DNA from: Opitutales bacterium | GTDB lineage: Bacteria; Verrucomicrobiota; Verrucomicrobiia; Opitutales; PNEW01 | Direction: 5' to 3' | NCBI GenBank assembly: GCA_965197745.1 | Contig: CBDANS010000007.1 | Location: 416,001-480,000, forward strand | Length of the DNA: 64,000 nucleotides | Part shown: in pieces, positions 29,051 to 40,633 of the stretch | Numbering within the stretch: the first letter of the stretch is position 1 | How the letters are laid out: each line of letters starts with the position of its first letter | Notes under the pieces: model-generated | Databases searched by the model: none | What the model was told of the DNA's origin: nothing | The model's input: only the letters and a program-made list of their open reading frames with translations | Made by a program: the position numbers and the translations under genes

Positions 29051-32000
29051 ATGCTGTTGAACAAGCCAGATGTAGAAACCTTTGAATTTCATCCCGCGGT
29101 AGCTCGCTGGTTTGAAGATCGATTTGAAACGCCGACGGATCCACAAAAACAGGGGTGGCCGGCAATACAGTCCGGTCGGCACACTTTAATTTCCGCGCCG
29201 ACAGGTTCGGGAAAGACATTGGCCGCATTTCTAGCCGCTTTGGATCAGCTGTTTAAAGAGGGACTGGAGAGAACCCTTCCCGATGAAACCCGGGTCCTTT
29301 ACGTGTCTCCACTCAAAGCTCTCAGTAATGATATTCGTAAAAACCTTGAAGATCCTCTAAGCGGGATCCGGTCCTATCTTTTGGAAAGTGAACTTCGCGA
29401 GGTGGATGTTCGAGCCGAGGTGCGCACCGGGGACACCCCTTCATCGAAACGACAGGCAATCGTGAAAAATCCGCCACACATTCTGGTGACCACCCCGGAG
29501 TCGTTCTACCTCCTACTTACTTCTGAATCGGGAAGAAGGACGCTTGCTACGGTTCAAACGCTGATCGTTGATGAAATACATGCTGTTGTTGACAATCGCC
29601 GCGGTTCACACCTGGCGATAAGCATAGAACGTCTGGCAGCCCTTGTCGAAGGACCCCTGCAGCGTATCGGTCTTTCGGCGACCCAGAAGCCGATAGAAAG
29701 CGTGGCACAGTTTCTGGTAGGTGCTCGTGCCGTGGAAGATAATGGCAATCCACAATGCACCATTGTCAATACCGGTCATTCACGAGAGATGGACCTTGCC
29801 GTGGTCCTTCCCTCTTCACCTTTGGATGCAGTTATGGCAAATGAGGTATGGGAGGAAATTTACAGTCGCCTTTCAGAATTGATAAACGAGCATAATACCA
29901 CCCTTGTATTCGTAAACACGCGCCGTCTGGCTGAAAGGGTAAGCCATCATTTATGCGAACGTTTGGGATCTGAGATAGTAAGCTCTCATCATGGAAGTCT
30001 TTCGGCGAAGCTAAGGCTCGACGCGGAGGACCGTCTTAAAAAGGGAGATCTCAAAGCGCTTGTTGCCACGGCCTCACTCGAATTGGGCATAGATATAGGA
30101 TCTATCGATCTGGTTTGTCAGATAGGTTCTACACGTTCTATATCCACATTTCTTCAGCGAGTAGGCCGGGCAGAGCATAAAAGGGGTGGTTTACCGAAAG
30201 GCAGACTGTTTCCATTAAGTCGCGATGAGTTGGTGGAGTGTGCGGCGACCATTCGCAGTGTTCGCAAGGGAGAATTGGATTGCCTGCACATACCGGAAAA
30301 ACCGCTCGATATACTCGCCCAACAGATTGTCGCCTGTACGGCCTGTGAAGATTGGGATGAAGATAAGCTCTTCACGATGATTAAGAATGCTTTTCCATAT
30401 CGCTCATTAACCCGAAAAGAATTCGACGACGTGGTCAGGATGCTGGCGGAGGGAATAAGCACTAAGTATGGACGGAAGGGGGCGCTTATTCACCATGACG
30501 CGATCAATCATCGTTTACGCTCGCGACGAGGAGCCCGTATAGTTGCTCTCACCTCCGGGGGGGCAATACCTGACAACGCGGATTATCGCGTTGTGCTCGA
30601 ACCTACAGAAACGTTTATCGGCACGGTGAACGAAGATTTTGCTATTGAAAGTATGGCGGGAGATATCTTTCAACTTGGAAATGCTTCGTGGAGAATAATC
30701 AGGGTCAATTCGGGCATGGTGCGCGTGGAGGATGCGCAGGGTCTGCCTCCCAGTATTCCATTTTGGCTGGGGGAAGCACCAGCCCGGACAAACGAACTGT
30801 CTGAAGCGGTATCGGAACTGCGGTCTGGGATTGAAGGGCGATTGGATGATACTGAAAATTTAAATAAATGGTTAATGGATGAGACGGGAATTGACTACAG
30901 TGCTGCCCATCAAATCACAGAATATTATAAAGCTACTTATGATGCCTTGGGGGTGATTCCATCGCAAAAGAACCTGGTCATGGAACGGTTCTTTGATGAA
31001 TCGGGCGGCATGCAATTGATTGTGCACTCCCCATTCGGAAACCGCGTCAATCGAGCCTGGGGGTTAGCGCTGCGAAAAAGATTTTGCCGCTCATTTAATT
31101 TTGAGCTTCAGGCCGCAGCTACGGATGACTCCATCGTTATTTCCCTGGGAACTCAGCACTCCTTTCCCCTCGATGAAGTGTTTCACTATTTAAATCCTAA
31201 AACAGTGTGCGATTTACTTGTCCAGGCGCTTCTCGATGCTCCGATGTTTCCCATCCGCTGGCGTTGGAATGCGGGAAGATCATTGGCTGTTCAGAGGCAG
31301 TGCGGGGGACGCAAAAATCCGCCGCCCATACAGCGAATGGAAGCGGAAAACCTTATGGCTGCGGTGTTCCCGGATCAACTCGCGTGCCTCGAACATATTG
31401 TCGGTGATCGGGAGATACCGGACCACCCGCTTGTTAAGCAGACGATTGATGACTGCCTGGTGGAAGCCATGGACATCGATGGCTTGATCGCGATACTGGA
31501 AAAGATAGGCAGTGGTAATATCCGGTGCATCGCGCTGGATTTGCCGGAACCTTCTCCTCTCGCTCATGAAATTCTCCATGCCAAGCCCTATGCATTTTTG
31601 GATAATGCACCGTTAGAAGAGCGGCGCACTCAAGCCGTATACACACGGCGCGCCCACGAATCTTCTTCAAGCGGGAATCTCGGAAAACTGGATATTTCAG
31701 CCATTGAGAAAGTCTGCGACGAGGCGTGGCCTCGAGCTGAAAATGCTGATGAAATGCATGATGCCTTACTTCTCCTGGGGGCATTAAATTTAGAAGAAGT
31801 TGAGCGAGGAGTAACCGGTAGCCGTTTCGATAATGAAGGAAATGGGAGTGGAGATAAAACCGGGGAGTCATTTTTAGATTCCCTGACGAATGAAATGCGA
31901 GCGGGACGAATCCAGGTAAAGGATGAGGTTAATGGCAGGATAAAAACATTCTGGATAGCTGCTGAACGGTTATTGATGCTATTGGCGATTTATCCCGGCA

Positions 32001-33544
32001 GTGAGGTTAACCCGCAGATATCACCGCCCGATAGCGACAGTAGACAAAAATGGGAGCGTTCCGAAGCGATTAAAGAATTAATTCGGGGACGTCTTGAAGC
32101 TTCGGGTCCGGTAACCGTTGTGCAATTGAGTGAATTAATGATCCTCGGTAAGCGAGATATAGAAGCTGCTCTAGCGGCTTTGGAAGCTGAAGGTTTTATT
32201 CTCCGCGGACATTTTCGAACAAACGCACGCGAACAGGAGTGGTGCGATCGCAGACTTTTAGCGAGGATTCATAAGCTCACAATAAATCGGCTTCGAGCGG
32301 AGATTCAACCGGTTTCGGTCAGTGAATTCTTCCGTTTTCTTACAGCCTGGCAGCGCGTGGATGAAGAACATCGCACGGAGGGTCCCGAAGGACTGGAAGC
32401 TGTTTTGTCCCTTCTCGATGGATATGAATTACCGGTTGCAGCCTGGGAGCCTTATGTGTTGGGAAAACGGGTGAATAAGTACGATCCGCAATGGCTGGAT
32501 CGCTATTGTTTTTCAGGTCGTATTGGTTGGGGTCGGTTTACAATCCCGCAGAATCATAAAGCCCGTGGATTTTCCTTGGGGCCATTAAGGTCCAGCCCGA
32601 TGGCCCTGTTTTCGAGAGAAAATCTGCATCACTGGTTGACGCTTTCCAGCCAGGATTACCCGGCGGAACTATCGGCAAATACGTTGCAGGTTTGGGATAT
32701 GCTTAATCAGGATGGGGCCTTGTTTTTTACTGAATTGGTAAATAAAACAGGATTACTTCCAACCCACGTTGAACAGGTGCTTGGTGAATTAGCAGCCCTG
32801 GGTTTAGTCACTTCAGATAGTTTTGACGGGTTGAGAGCCCTGTTAATGCCATCTGATAAACGGCCGACTATTGGAGAAGCATCGAGGAAGAGAAGTCATA
32901 CTCAACTGGGCAGTATTGAGTTTGCGGGCAGGTGGTCAGCATTGCGTGTGCCAGTAGAAATTACCGAGAAAAACGGTGGTGGTAATACCCATGCGGGGAT
33001 GGGTAATGGCAAGACTATAAATCCTATTGATAAATATAATTCTTCAGAGCGTCTCAAGAAAGATGGATCGATTGAAAACTATGCCAGAATATTGTTGCAC
33101 CGTTATGGAATAGTGTTCCGCAGACTCTTGGAAAGAGAGTCTATGCCTGTATCCTGGTACGAACTGGGGCGCGCTTACCGGCTGCTTGAAGCGAGGGGAG
33201 AAATTCGTGGCGGGTATTTCATTGCAGGGGTGAGTGGTGAGCAATTTGCTTTACCCGAGGCGATTGGTCTATTAAGGTCGATGCGCAAGTCGATGCCGAA
33301 AGGTGAACTCATCACGCTCAGCGCTGCGGATCCATTAAATCTCGTTGGAATTCTCACCCCGGGACCTCGCATCACCGCGATCACAAAAAATCGCATTCTC
33401 ATGCTCGATGGATTGCCGATTGCCGCTTTAGAAAGTGGAGAGATAGTAAAACTGGACAGTGGGGCTGGGATTTCAAATCAAGTGATAAATGACAGTCTCA
33501 AAATTGGGAATATAAGCGCTTCCCTTAGGCCATATTATGCTTAA
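29051..33544 (+). CDS. lhr: Lhr family ATP-dependent DEAD/DEAH helicase (core plus C-terminal extension)
   Basis: [53 protein letters not shown]; 1497 aa. Confidence 0.92.
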   Translation: MLLNKPDVETFEFHPAVARWFEDRFETPTDPQKQGWPAIQSGRHTLISAPTGSGKTLAAFLAALDQLFKEGLERTLPDETRVLYVSPLKALSNDIRKNLEDPLSGIRSYLLESELREVDVRAEVRTGDTPSSKRQAIVKNPPHILVTTPESFYLLLTSESGRRTLATVQTLIVDEIHAVVDNRRGSHLAISIERLAALVEGPLQRIGLSATQKPIESVAQFLVGARAVEDNGNPQCTIVNTGHSREMDLAVVLPSSPLDAVMANEVWEEIYSRLSELINEHNTTLVFVNTRRLAERVSHHLCERLGSEIVSSHHGSLSAKLRLDAEDRLKKGDLKALVATASLELGIDIGSIDLVCQIGSTRSISTFLQRVGRAEHKRGGLPKGRLFPLSRDELVECAATIRSVRKGELDCLHIPEKPLDILAQQIVACTACEDWDEDKLFTMIKNAFPYRSLTRKEFDDVVRMLAEGISTKYGRKGALIHHDAINHRLRSRRGARIVALTSGGAIPDNADYRVVLEPTETFIGTVNEDFAIESMAGDIFQLGNASWRIIRVNSGMVRVEDAQGLPPSIPFWLGEAPARTNELSEAVSELRSGIEGRLDDTENLNKWLMDETGIDYSAAHQITEYYKATYDALGVIPSQKNLVMERFFDESGGMQLIVHSPFGNRVNRAWGLALRKRFCRSFNFELQAAATDDSIVISLGTQHSFPLDEVFHYLNPKTVCDLLVQALLDAPMFPIRWRWNAGRSLAVQRQCGGRKNPPPIQRMEAENLMAAVFPDQLACLEHIVGDREIPDHPLVKQTIDDCLVEAMDIDGLIAILEKIGSGNIRCIALDLPEPSPLAHEILHAKPYAFLDNAPLEERRTQAVYTRRAHESSSSGNLGKLDISAIEKVCDEAWPRAENADEMHDALLLLGALNLEEVERGVTGSRFDNEGNGSGDKTGESFLDSLTNEMRAGRIQVKDEVNGRIKTFWIAAERLLMLLAIYPGSEVNPQISPPDSDSRQKWERSEAIKELIRGRLEASGPVTVVQLSELMILGKRDIEAALAALEAEGFILRGHFRTNAREQEWCDRRLLARIHKLTINRLRAEIQPVSVSEFFRFLTAWQRVDEEHRTEGPEGLEAVLSLLDGYELPVAAWEPYVLGKRVNKYDPQWLDRYCFSGRIGWGRFTIPQNHKARGFSLGPLRSSPMALFSRENLHHWLTLSSQDYPAELSANTLQVWDMLNQDGALFFTELVNKTGLLPTHVEQVLGELAALGLVTSDSFDGLRALLMPSDKRPTIGEASRKRSHTQLGSIEFAGRWSALRVPVEITEKNGGGNTHAGMGNGKTINPIDKYNSSERLKKDGSIENYARILLHRYGIVFRRLLERESMPVSWYELGRAYRLLEARGEIRGGYFIAGVSGEQFALPEAIGLLRSMRKSMPKGELITLSAADPLNLVGILTPGPRITAITKNRILMLDGLPIAALESGEIVKLDSGAGISNQVINDSLKIGNISASLRPYYA

Positions 33545-33716
33545 TAAATATTTGAATTCTCGATACACATAGGGATAAAAGCCAATAATAGACTATAAAC
33601 CCCTTAAAAATTCTTGATTTTCCTTTAACAATTGGCTTTTTTCTTTTTTATATAATTCAATAAGTGAATTAAATATACTAATATAAAAATTAAATATTAG
33701 AAATGAGGGGATTATT

Positions 33717-34115
33717 ATGCGCGTGCTAATAGTAGATGATGATGAAGATTGCAGGGAGCTGTTACTGGATCACATCTCACCGTTTGGTAAATGCGAATTC
33801 GCAATCAATGGATTGGAAGCTATTGATTGGGTAAAAAAGGCGTATAATGAAGAGGACCCATTTGATTTTATCACGCTTGATGTGATGATGCCTGAATTAG
33901 ATGGATTGAGCACTTTGACTAAGATTAGAGAATACGAAGATTCACAAGGGATCGCGCGCAATGCGGGGGTAAAAGTCATGATGATATCCGCCGTGGATGA
34001 TATCAATAAAATCAGACAGTCATTCAATGACCAGTGTGAAGCCTATGTAGTTAAGCCTTTTGATAGGGAAAAGGTTCTCTATGGTATGAAGCAATTGGGA
34101 ATTATCAGCGATTAA
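33717..34115 (+). CDS. CheY-like single-domain response regulator
   Basis: LIVDDD, LDVMMP, MISA, YVVKPF. Confidence 0.92.
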   Translation: MRVLIVDDDEDCRELLLDHISPFGKCEFAINGLEAIDWVKKAYNEEDPFDFITLDVMMPELDGLSTLTKIREYEDSQGIARNAGVKVMMISAVDDINKIRQSFNDQCEAYVVKPFDREKVLYGMKQLGIISD

Positions 34116-34245
34116 TTTAGATCAATCGTTTGATTCATTGATTACGCATAGATTGTCGCCGGGCAATCAAAACTTAAGCATACTGGAGCAGCCCTTAGTA
34201 AGAGGGTCGATGCGGGTAATTTGTCCTGCACAAGAAAACCGGTTG

Positions 34246-34271
34246 ATATTTCTGATGGGGGTCAGAAATAT
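34246..34271. promoter_or_regulatory. Perfect 10-bp inverted repeat just upstream of the sulfatase start (operator or RNA hairpin)
   Basis: ATATTTCTGA-TGGGGG-TCAGAAATAT, ending 13 nt before ATG 34285. Confidence 0.55.
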
Positions 34272-34284
34272 TGATTAAGATAAA

Positions 34285-35757
34285 ATGAATCGACGAGATT
34301 TCCTTCGACTCACGGCTTCCACCGCTGCCACCGCATCGATTACAGGAAATACTCTTCTCTCATCATCCCCCCATCCGGATACCACTCTCGATTCAACGGC
34401 AAAGAGACCTAACGTCCTTTTCCTGGCTGTGGATGACATGCGACCATCGCTGGGATGTTACGGTGATAAGTTGGCGATTTCACCTAACATCGACCGATTA
34501 GCGAACAATGGGATTTTATTTAACCGAGCTTATTGCCAATCGGCTTTGTGTAATCCGTCTCGGTCTTCTCTCTTTACGGGTCGTCGGCCAGACACGACCA
34601 GAGTATGGGGGAATCGCGCTCATTTTCGTGAAGCACTTCCTGATGTTTTAACCTTGCCCGAGTATTTTATGCATCATGGCTATCACGTGGAAAATATCGG
34701 CAAAATGTTTCACGGCCAGACTTATACATTAGACCCTCAATCTTGGTCTGTGCCGCCACGCTATGACCTGGCGACTTATAATGAACATTATGCGATACCG
34801 GATGCAGGAAGAGGTAAAATCGGCGCTTCGGTCGCAAGTCCCAAACGGCCGGATAACGCTTTTCATGATGGCATGGTTGCTGATGATGCGTTGAGCACAC
34901 TACAGAGAATCAAGAACAGACAATTTTTTCTAGCGGTGGGATTTAGAAGACCGCACTTGCCGTTCAGTGCTCCCAAAAAGTACTGGGACTTATACGAAAG
35001 AAAAATACTGGGTCAACCCGATAACCCTAGACATCCCATCGATATGCCTAGCTTAGCTATCGATGGCTTAGGCATTGCCAGTATCTGGAATGATATTCCC
35101 GAAAAGGGTGGATTATCATCGGAAAAAATTGCTGAACTTCGCCACGGTTATTACGCATGCGTTAGCTATATTGACACGCAAATTGGGCGGCTGATGCGTG
35201 AACTCGACAATCTTGGTTTGAGAGACAATACGATCGTCATTCTCTGGGGTGATCATGGATTTCATCTCGGTGAACACGGTATATGGGGTAAGCAAAGTAA
35301 TTTTGAATTGGACACCCGTTCCCCGATGATGCTTGCGGTGCCCAATCAAAAAAACAGGGGAATGAAAACCGATGCCCTTGTAGAGTTCGTTGACATCTAC
35401 CCGACACTTGTCGACCTATGCGGTCTGCCTTTACCCGAAGGCCTGGAAGGTGTGAGTATGTCACCACTCCTCGATGATCACAACCGTCCCTGGAAAAAAG
35501 CGGCATTCAGCCAGTATCTCCGCACCAAAGAAGAAAATGAATATATGGGATACTCGGCACGCACCGATCGTTATCGATACACTGAGTGGAAAGAAAGAGA
35601 AACCGGCCAGGTTGCAGCGCGAGAGCTCTACGACCATGAGATTGATCCTGGAGAAACGGTAAACCTCGCTAATAAGCCGAAGTTAACGGATACTATCGCC
35701 CGGTTAAGCAGCGTCCTGAACCGTGGTTGGAAAGCGGCCCTGCCACCGTCTTATTAA
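34285..35757 (+). CDS. Tat-exported Cys-type sulfatase (iduronate-2-sulfatase-like)
   Basis: MNRRDFL twin-arginine signal; AVDDMR; CNPSRSSLFTG; GKMFH; RPHLPF; GDHG. Confidence 0.93.
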   Translation: MNRRDFLRLTASTAATASITGNTLLSSSPHPDTTLDSTAKRPNVLFLAVDDMRPSLGCYGDKLAISPNIDRLANNGILFNRAYCQSALCNPSRSSLFTGRRPDTTRVWGNRAHFREALPDVLTLPEYFMHHGYHVENIGKMFHGQTYTLDPQSWSVPPRYDLATYNEHYAIPDAGRGKIGASVASPKRPDNAFHDGMVADDALSTLQRIKNRQFFLAVGFRRPHLPFSAPKKYWDLYERKILGQPDNPRHPIDMPSLAIDGLGIASIWNDIPEKGGLSSEKIAELRHGYYACVSYIDTQIGRLMRELDNLGLRDNTIVILWGDHGFHLGEHGIWGKQSNFELDTRSPMMLAVPNQKNRGMKTDALVEFVDIYPTLVDLCGLPLPEGLEGVSMSPLLDDHNRPWKKAAFSQYLRTKEENEYMGYSARTDRYRYTEWKERETGQVAARELYDHEIDPGETVNLANKPKLTDTIARLSSVLNRGWKAALPPSY

Positions 35758-35849
35758 TTTATGCCTTTTTTTGAATCCAAATAGTTGGGAATTAACGTCT
35801 AATTGACTAACGAATAATGAACAAGATTTAACCTAAAATTCCCCGAACT

Positions 35850-36467
35850 ATGAAAAAAATAAGCATCCTGGTAATGGTTATCCTGGGTGTATGCTGTGCC
35901 ACTTTAAATATTTACGCACAGGATACAACCGATTCTGTAGAAACAGAAGCCGAAGAGAATAAAATTCAATTACTGATAGATAACGCTGATGACGATCAAC
36001 TGCTGCAAAGTCTCATCAGCAAACTGGATTCAAAAGATGCGCTCGAGTATTTAAAGGTTCAAGAAGAAGCGGACCATCTAGGTTTACCATGGGGAAGAAG
36101 GAGAAATAGTGAGGTTATTGGGACGATAGGGTTTTTTGTGTTACCGGTATTTATCGTAGGGCTCGTTTTATTTTTCAGGTACCGGGATAATCAAAACCTC
36201 TACATGGTTGTTAATAATATGGTCGATAAAGGCATGGAAGTTCCGGCCCATCTGTTAGAGAGGCCGAGAAGAAAGAGAACGCCGCGTTCGGATCTGCATA
36301 AGGGATTGATTCTCATCTCGATTGGATTGGGCGTTGCCTGTTTTCTGAGCTTGCGGGGGGGTGAGGGTTGGAGCGTGGGAATCATCCCACTGTTTATCGG
36401 CATCGCTTATTTAATCATCTGGAAACTCGAGAGTGGTAAACAAAAAGAAAAAGCAATAGAAGAGTAA
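35850..36467 (+). CDS. Membrane protein, DUF6249-like, first gene of an ECF sigma operon
   Basis: Signal peptide; TM followed by MVDKGMEVP and DLHKGLILISIGLG...GIIPLFIGIAYLI. Confidence 0.7.
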   Translation: MKKISILVMVILGVCCATLNIYAQDTTDSVETEAEENKIQLLIDNADDDQLLQSLISKLDSKDALEYLKVQEEADHLGLPWGRRRNSEVIGTIGFFVLPVFIVGLVLFFRYRDNQNLYMVVNNMVDKGMEVPAHLLERPRRKRTPRSDLHKGLILISIGLGVACFLSLRGGEGWSVGIIPLFIGIAYLIIWKLESGKQKEKAIEE

Positions 36468-36481
36468 TAGCTCCTATTACC

Positions 36482-37021
36482 GTGTCATTTTCGGATGCAG
36501 ACCTGATTACTCGTGTTCTTCTTAACGATGATCGCCACGCTTTTGGGGAGCTGGTTCGCCGTTACCAGTCTGCCGTTCGCGGCATGTTGCGCAAACTTAC
36601 TTCCGGCGATGACAGCCTGGCCGACGATCTCTCCCAGGATATATTTATTCAAGCCTATCGAAAGCTCAGTAAATATAAAGGTCATGCCAAATTTTCCACC
36701 TGGCTCTATCGCATTGCCTATAATTTATTCATCAGTGATATTCGTCGTAAAAGAGAACTCATCAGCTTCGATGAGAATCCTATTGAGTCTTCAGTCCCGG
36801 CAGTTACTGATCAGATCGAATTAAAGCAGGACCTTGAAATGGCGATGAAACAGTTAACCGTAAATGAATGCGCGGCTATACATCTTTGTTATCAGGAGGG
36901 ACTCTCTCATGAAGAGGCAGCCCGCGTGCTTGACTGCCCGTTGGGAACAGTTAAGACTCATATCCTGAGAGGAAAAAACAAGTTGCGTGAAATTCTCTCG
37001 GTGTGGAGGAAAGGTACTTGA
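36482..37021 (+). CDS. ECF-type RNA polymerase sigma-70 factor
   Basis: AFGELVRRYQ, ADDLSQD, FSTWLYRIAYN, GLSHEEAA...PLGTVKTHILRG. Confidence 0.95.
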   Translation: MSFSDADLITRVLLNDDRHAFGELVRRYQSAVRGMLRKLTSGDDSLADDLSQDIFIQAYRKLSKYKGHAKFSTWLYRIAYNLFISDIRRKRELISFDENPIESSVPAVTDQIELKQDLEMAMKQLTVNECAAIHLCYQEGLSHEEAARVLDCPLGTVKTHILRGKNKLREILSVWRKGT

Positions 37022-37352
37022 AATGAAAGATAGAGAAAAAGAAGACTGGCTTGAAATAAGTCTTTCGGAACCCGATCCCTATATTGATGACGCCGGGTTC
37101 AGCAAAAGAGTCTTACAAAAGCTACCCGTTCGTGTGGGGAGACCCGAATGGTTAAAAGCAGTGATTCTTCTCAGTGCTGCCGCTTTATCATCACTCTGTG
37201 CGCTTATTTTTCTTCCCGATAGTCAGATAATTGGGACGATGATTAAAGAAACGGTCAGTTTCAGGGCACTCGATTTGAGTCTACTTCTACCGCTTACTGT
37301 GGTCCTCGCTATATCAGCTATTTCATGGATGATCGGTAATAGTGAAATTTAA
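36987..37352 (+). CDS. Putative membrane anti-sigma factor (start probably ATG 37023)
   Basis: Directly follows the sigma gene; YIDDAGFSKRVLQKLP then two TM helices. Confidence 0.7.
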   Translation: MKFSRCGGKVLEMKDREKEDWLEISLSEPDPYIDDAGFSKRVLQKLPVRVGRPEWLKAVILLSAAALSSLCALIFLPDSQIIGTMIKETVSFRALDLSLLLPLTVVLAISAISWMIGNSEI

Positions 37353-37423
37353 TAAGTAGGAATTTGGCTTAGGAGATTCTTTACCCAACACTTTCAGGTA
37401 AAGGATGGGTAGCAGGTAGTTAA

Positions 37424-37918
37424 ATGAAGACAGGACTTCAAACGAGCGGGGAAGATAAGATAATTGACCATGCCGGTGTCGTGGCGCCACCGCCTCTTAT
37501 TTATCTCTGTTCAATTCTTCTCGGGTTAGGTTTAGACACCTTATGGCCGGTTGAGGTTCTATCCCGGGCCGTCGCGTTTCCTTTTGGGATGTTTCTTGTT
37601 CTCTTCGTTGTTATGATCTTTGTCTTTTCGGTGCGCCAATTTTTGAAAGCTGAAACTCCGCTTCCGCCTAATAAACCAACTGTTTTTATCGTAAGGACTG
37701 GCCCTTATCGATATAGCCGCAACCCGATTTATTTATCGATGACGCTTCTCCAGATTGGTATTGGCATCTGGGCTGACTGTGTATGGATCCTGGCGATGCT
37801 GATCCCGGCATTAATCCTCATCTCTTACGGGGTTATTTCGAGGGAGGAAAGATATCTGGAGAAAAAATTCGGTGATGAATACAGGGAATACAAAAAAACC
37901 GTGAGGCGATGGATTTAA
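37424..37918 (+). CDS. Isoprenylcysteine carboxylmethyltransferase/PEMT family membrane protein
   Basis: TGPYRYSRNPIY, REERYL..KFG.EY..Y...VRRWI. Confidence 0.92.
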   Translation: MKTGLQTSGEDKIIDHAGVVAPPPLIYLCSILLGLGLDTLWPVEVLSRAVAFPFGMFLVLFVVMIFVFSVRQFLKAETPLPPNKPTVFIVRTGPYRYSRNPIYLSMTLLQIGIGIWADCVWILAMLIPALILISYGVISREERYLEKKFGDEYREYKKTVRRWI

Positions 37919-38007
37919 TCAGACACTCTTCTAATACGACCTGCACGTTTCAAAATACAGATTAACAACTTCATCCAGGGGGTAAATGAAAAACACCTTT
38001 CAGACTA

Positions 38008-39584
38008 TCAGGGAGTAAAGACGAAAGACGAGGTGCTCAGCTCAAGAACGTCTCCCGGATCATTAGTGCCGTCGTCAAATGCCCCGGTCAGAACCGCGGC
38101 CAGATAGAGTAAATAAGTGCCGGCAGGTTCTCCACCTGTCCAGGTATATAGGAAGAAGCCAGGATCATCGATAGTGATGGGTGTGGACAGGTCTACGCCC
38201 GTATCAAAAGGAATTAGCGTTATCGGATTGGACAGACTTCCGAAGGAACTGCCTGGATCGGTAAAGGATATTGTCGTGTCACCGTCAGGTAAAATCACTC
38301 CCGCATAAAAGTCTACGGTCACGGGAAATCCCGGATTATCTCTTCGCAGTGTGACACTTATTGTTTCCTGGGGAACAAAGTTTGCCTGATCAGAGCAGAT
38401 GGATAGAGGATCACCGGGAGGGCATGGGGGTGAATTAAAAATAATGTCAATTCCGCTTTGTGAACTTCCTGCAACGGCGGTTACTGTTGTGAATACACTG
38501 GGGTCATCAGTCGATTCATCACTCGATTCGCTCGCTCCGTTATAGAATTCCTCATCTCCCGGTAAAGGTGATCGCGGAGTAGTACTAAATCCACCAGCGA
38601 GCATTTCATCGATATAGAGGGCATAATTGGCGCCAGGGGTCAGACCGTTAAGGGTGTAGACACCCACAAAAGGCATCCCTGCTGCGGATTCGGTAGTAAA
38701 ATTTCCGGAGATCGCGGAAACAGTATCTTCAATTGAATTAAGGATGTTTCGGCTTATGACATTAACCCCAGAGACAGGAGTAACTCCATCAGGGGCAAAG
38801 ACAGTCCCCGTTATGGAACCGAAATTCGTAAAAAAGCCAGGATCTGGATAAAGGGTAGAAAAAATAGCAATGTCTTCTATAGCGGGTGTCTCTTGACCGC
38901 CATTACTGACAATGAACGGGTACATGGTCTCAATTTCATTGCTAATGCCCGTTGTCGGAAATGTATCGAAAGGGGTGGGTCCACTATTGTCGCCTAATAA
39001 TAATACCTGACCGTTATTCACGGTGTGTGCCAGATTACTGTAATGACCGAATTCGTGAACGAGGACAGAAAACGCATCCGCTTCGGTTATGGTGCCATCA
39101 AGGATAGCACCACCATTGATGAATGCTCTAACCCTTCAATGATATCACCCGTTACACTATTAGACCACTCAGGACTGGCGAATCCCAATACCCCTGATCC
39201 AACCCCGAATAGTAAGTCGAATATTGCACCGTCCTCATCATAAACGATAGCGCTCAATCCGTCTGGTGCTAGTGGAAATATGAAAGGGATAAAATTAGTT
39301 TCATTGACGTCAAGGGACAATGATCCCGCGTTGATATAAGTAGCGGACGCCGTGCTAACATCCCCCCATGCCTGGAATGCATTCGCAGTCTGAGTAACCG
39401 CCTGTGCATTTGATAAAGGCCCGAGTGCTCCCAAGTCAGGATTGAAAGGAATGTTTGCCCCTCCTCCAGGCCAAAGATAGGGAGAACCTGGGGATTGCAG
39501 CGAGAGAGGTCCACCCGCATATAATGGGATGAGCGCGAAAGCAAAAAGAACCAGCGAGAAACCGTGTTTTCTATAGCGCATCAA
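38008..39584 (-). pseudogene. Secreted metzincin (matrixin-like) zinc metalloprotease, split by a frameshift near 39125-39131
   Basis: Frame of ORF 38008..39021 extends upstream as AFINGGAILDGTITEADAFSVLVHEFGHYSNLAH (motif 39025-39057); Met-turn ETMYPF; signal peptide in ORF 39087..39584. Confidence 0.85.
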
Positions 39585-39597
39585 TATTTACTTCCAC

Positions 39598-40182
39598 TTA
39601 TTGCTTTTTGAGAATAGCTGTTAATCGATCTTTGAGCTCTGAATAAAGCAATGTTACAATATCAGTTACCTCGCTCGGTTCTATCCCTCTGAATATTCCA
39701 CGATTGTTAAACGCATTCACCGCAATTTCTTTATCATTATATCCCGTAATGAGAAAGCACCCTTGACCTAAACCGACTATGGTCGACAGTCCTATCGCGC
39801 TTGGCACAGTGGTAAACAGCAGGTAAGTCTCGCCCATCTCCAGCTCTGGTAATTCGGGCAGGATGCGGTGTGATTGTATATTACCATGTACAACGGATTT
39901 TTTATTACCCAACATGCGAATCTCTGCGAATTTTTTACCCTTGGCGGTTTTAAAATTACCCTGAAAAGCTTCTTCCACTTCGATTTTGTAAATTAGAATT
40001 GGAATTTCGCTTCCACCAATCTCAGTGCTACTCGGGGTTATTTCCATTGTTTTACCACGGAAAATCTTATCTGCCCTCTCTGACATTTCTATCAGGTTTA
40101 ACTGGAGCAGGGTCGTTGCCAAAACTTCCTGTGACCAGGTCGTGACTGCGGCGAAGATTAAAATAAGGAACAATCTTTTCAA
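39598..40182 (-). CDS. Exported hypothetical protein upstream of the metalloprotease
   Basis: Signal peptide then ATTLLQLNLIEMSERADKIFRG; GETYLLF; VGLGQGCF. Confidence 0.7.
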   Translation of the reverse strand: MKRLFLILIFAAVTTWSQEVLATTLLQLNLIEMSERADKIFRGKTMEITPSSTEIGGSEIPILIYKIEVEEAFQGNFKTAKGKKFAEIRMLGNKKSVVHGNIQSHRILPELPELEMGETYLLFTTVPSAIGLSTIVGLGQGCFLITGYNDKEIAVNAFNNRGIFRGIEPSEVTDIVTLLYSELKDRLTAILKKQ

Positions 40183-40633
40183 TTAGTATAAAATTCCTAT
40201 TTATATAAATTATTGAAAAATATCAGATAAGAACACTGAGAGTTACATTCAACCCGGTTTGAAAATAGATAATTCTATCATGAGGGAAACAATAATATTT
40301 CAAGAAGCACGAAATATTTCTAAAGAAAGCATATTTAGCCTGTTTGAGGCAAGTGGGTGTAGTCTTCTGCGGAATAAGCTGAGGAGCTATAAAAGGGAAT
40401 GATAAGTTCACATTCGTTGATTTCAGCTAGGTCCGATAAAAATACCATCCGTTTAGGGGAAGATGACAGGTCTTCTTTGTCACAGAATCCTATTACGATA
40501 TTTCCTAACGGAGGTAGTGATTAGGGCAGTCATTTATGGTGTAATCGCTTTACATAATAGGCTATCAGGTTCAATTAATGTGGGTAAATTTAGTTTCAAT
40601 GATGCTTAAATCCAACCCTTCTATTATTCAGGT

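Noticed and set aside
29051..33544. Lhr helicase as part of an anti-phage defence system
   Set aside because: Stand-alone gene with ordinary Lhr architecture; no nuclease, methylase or other defence neighbours
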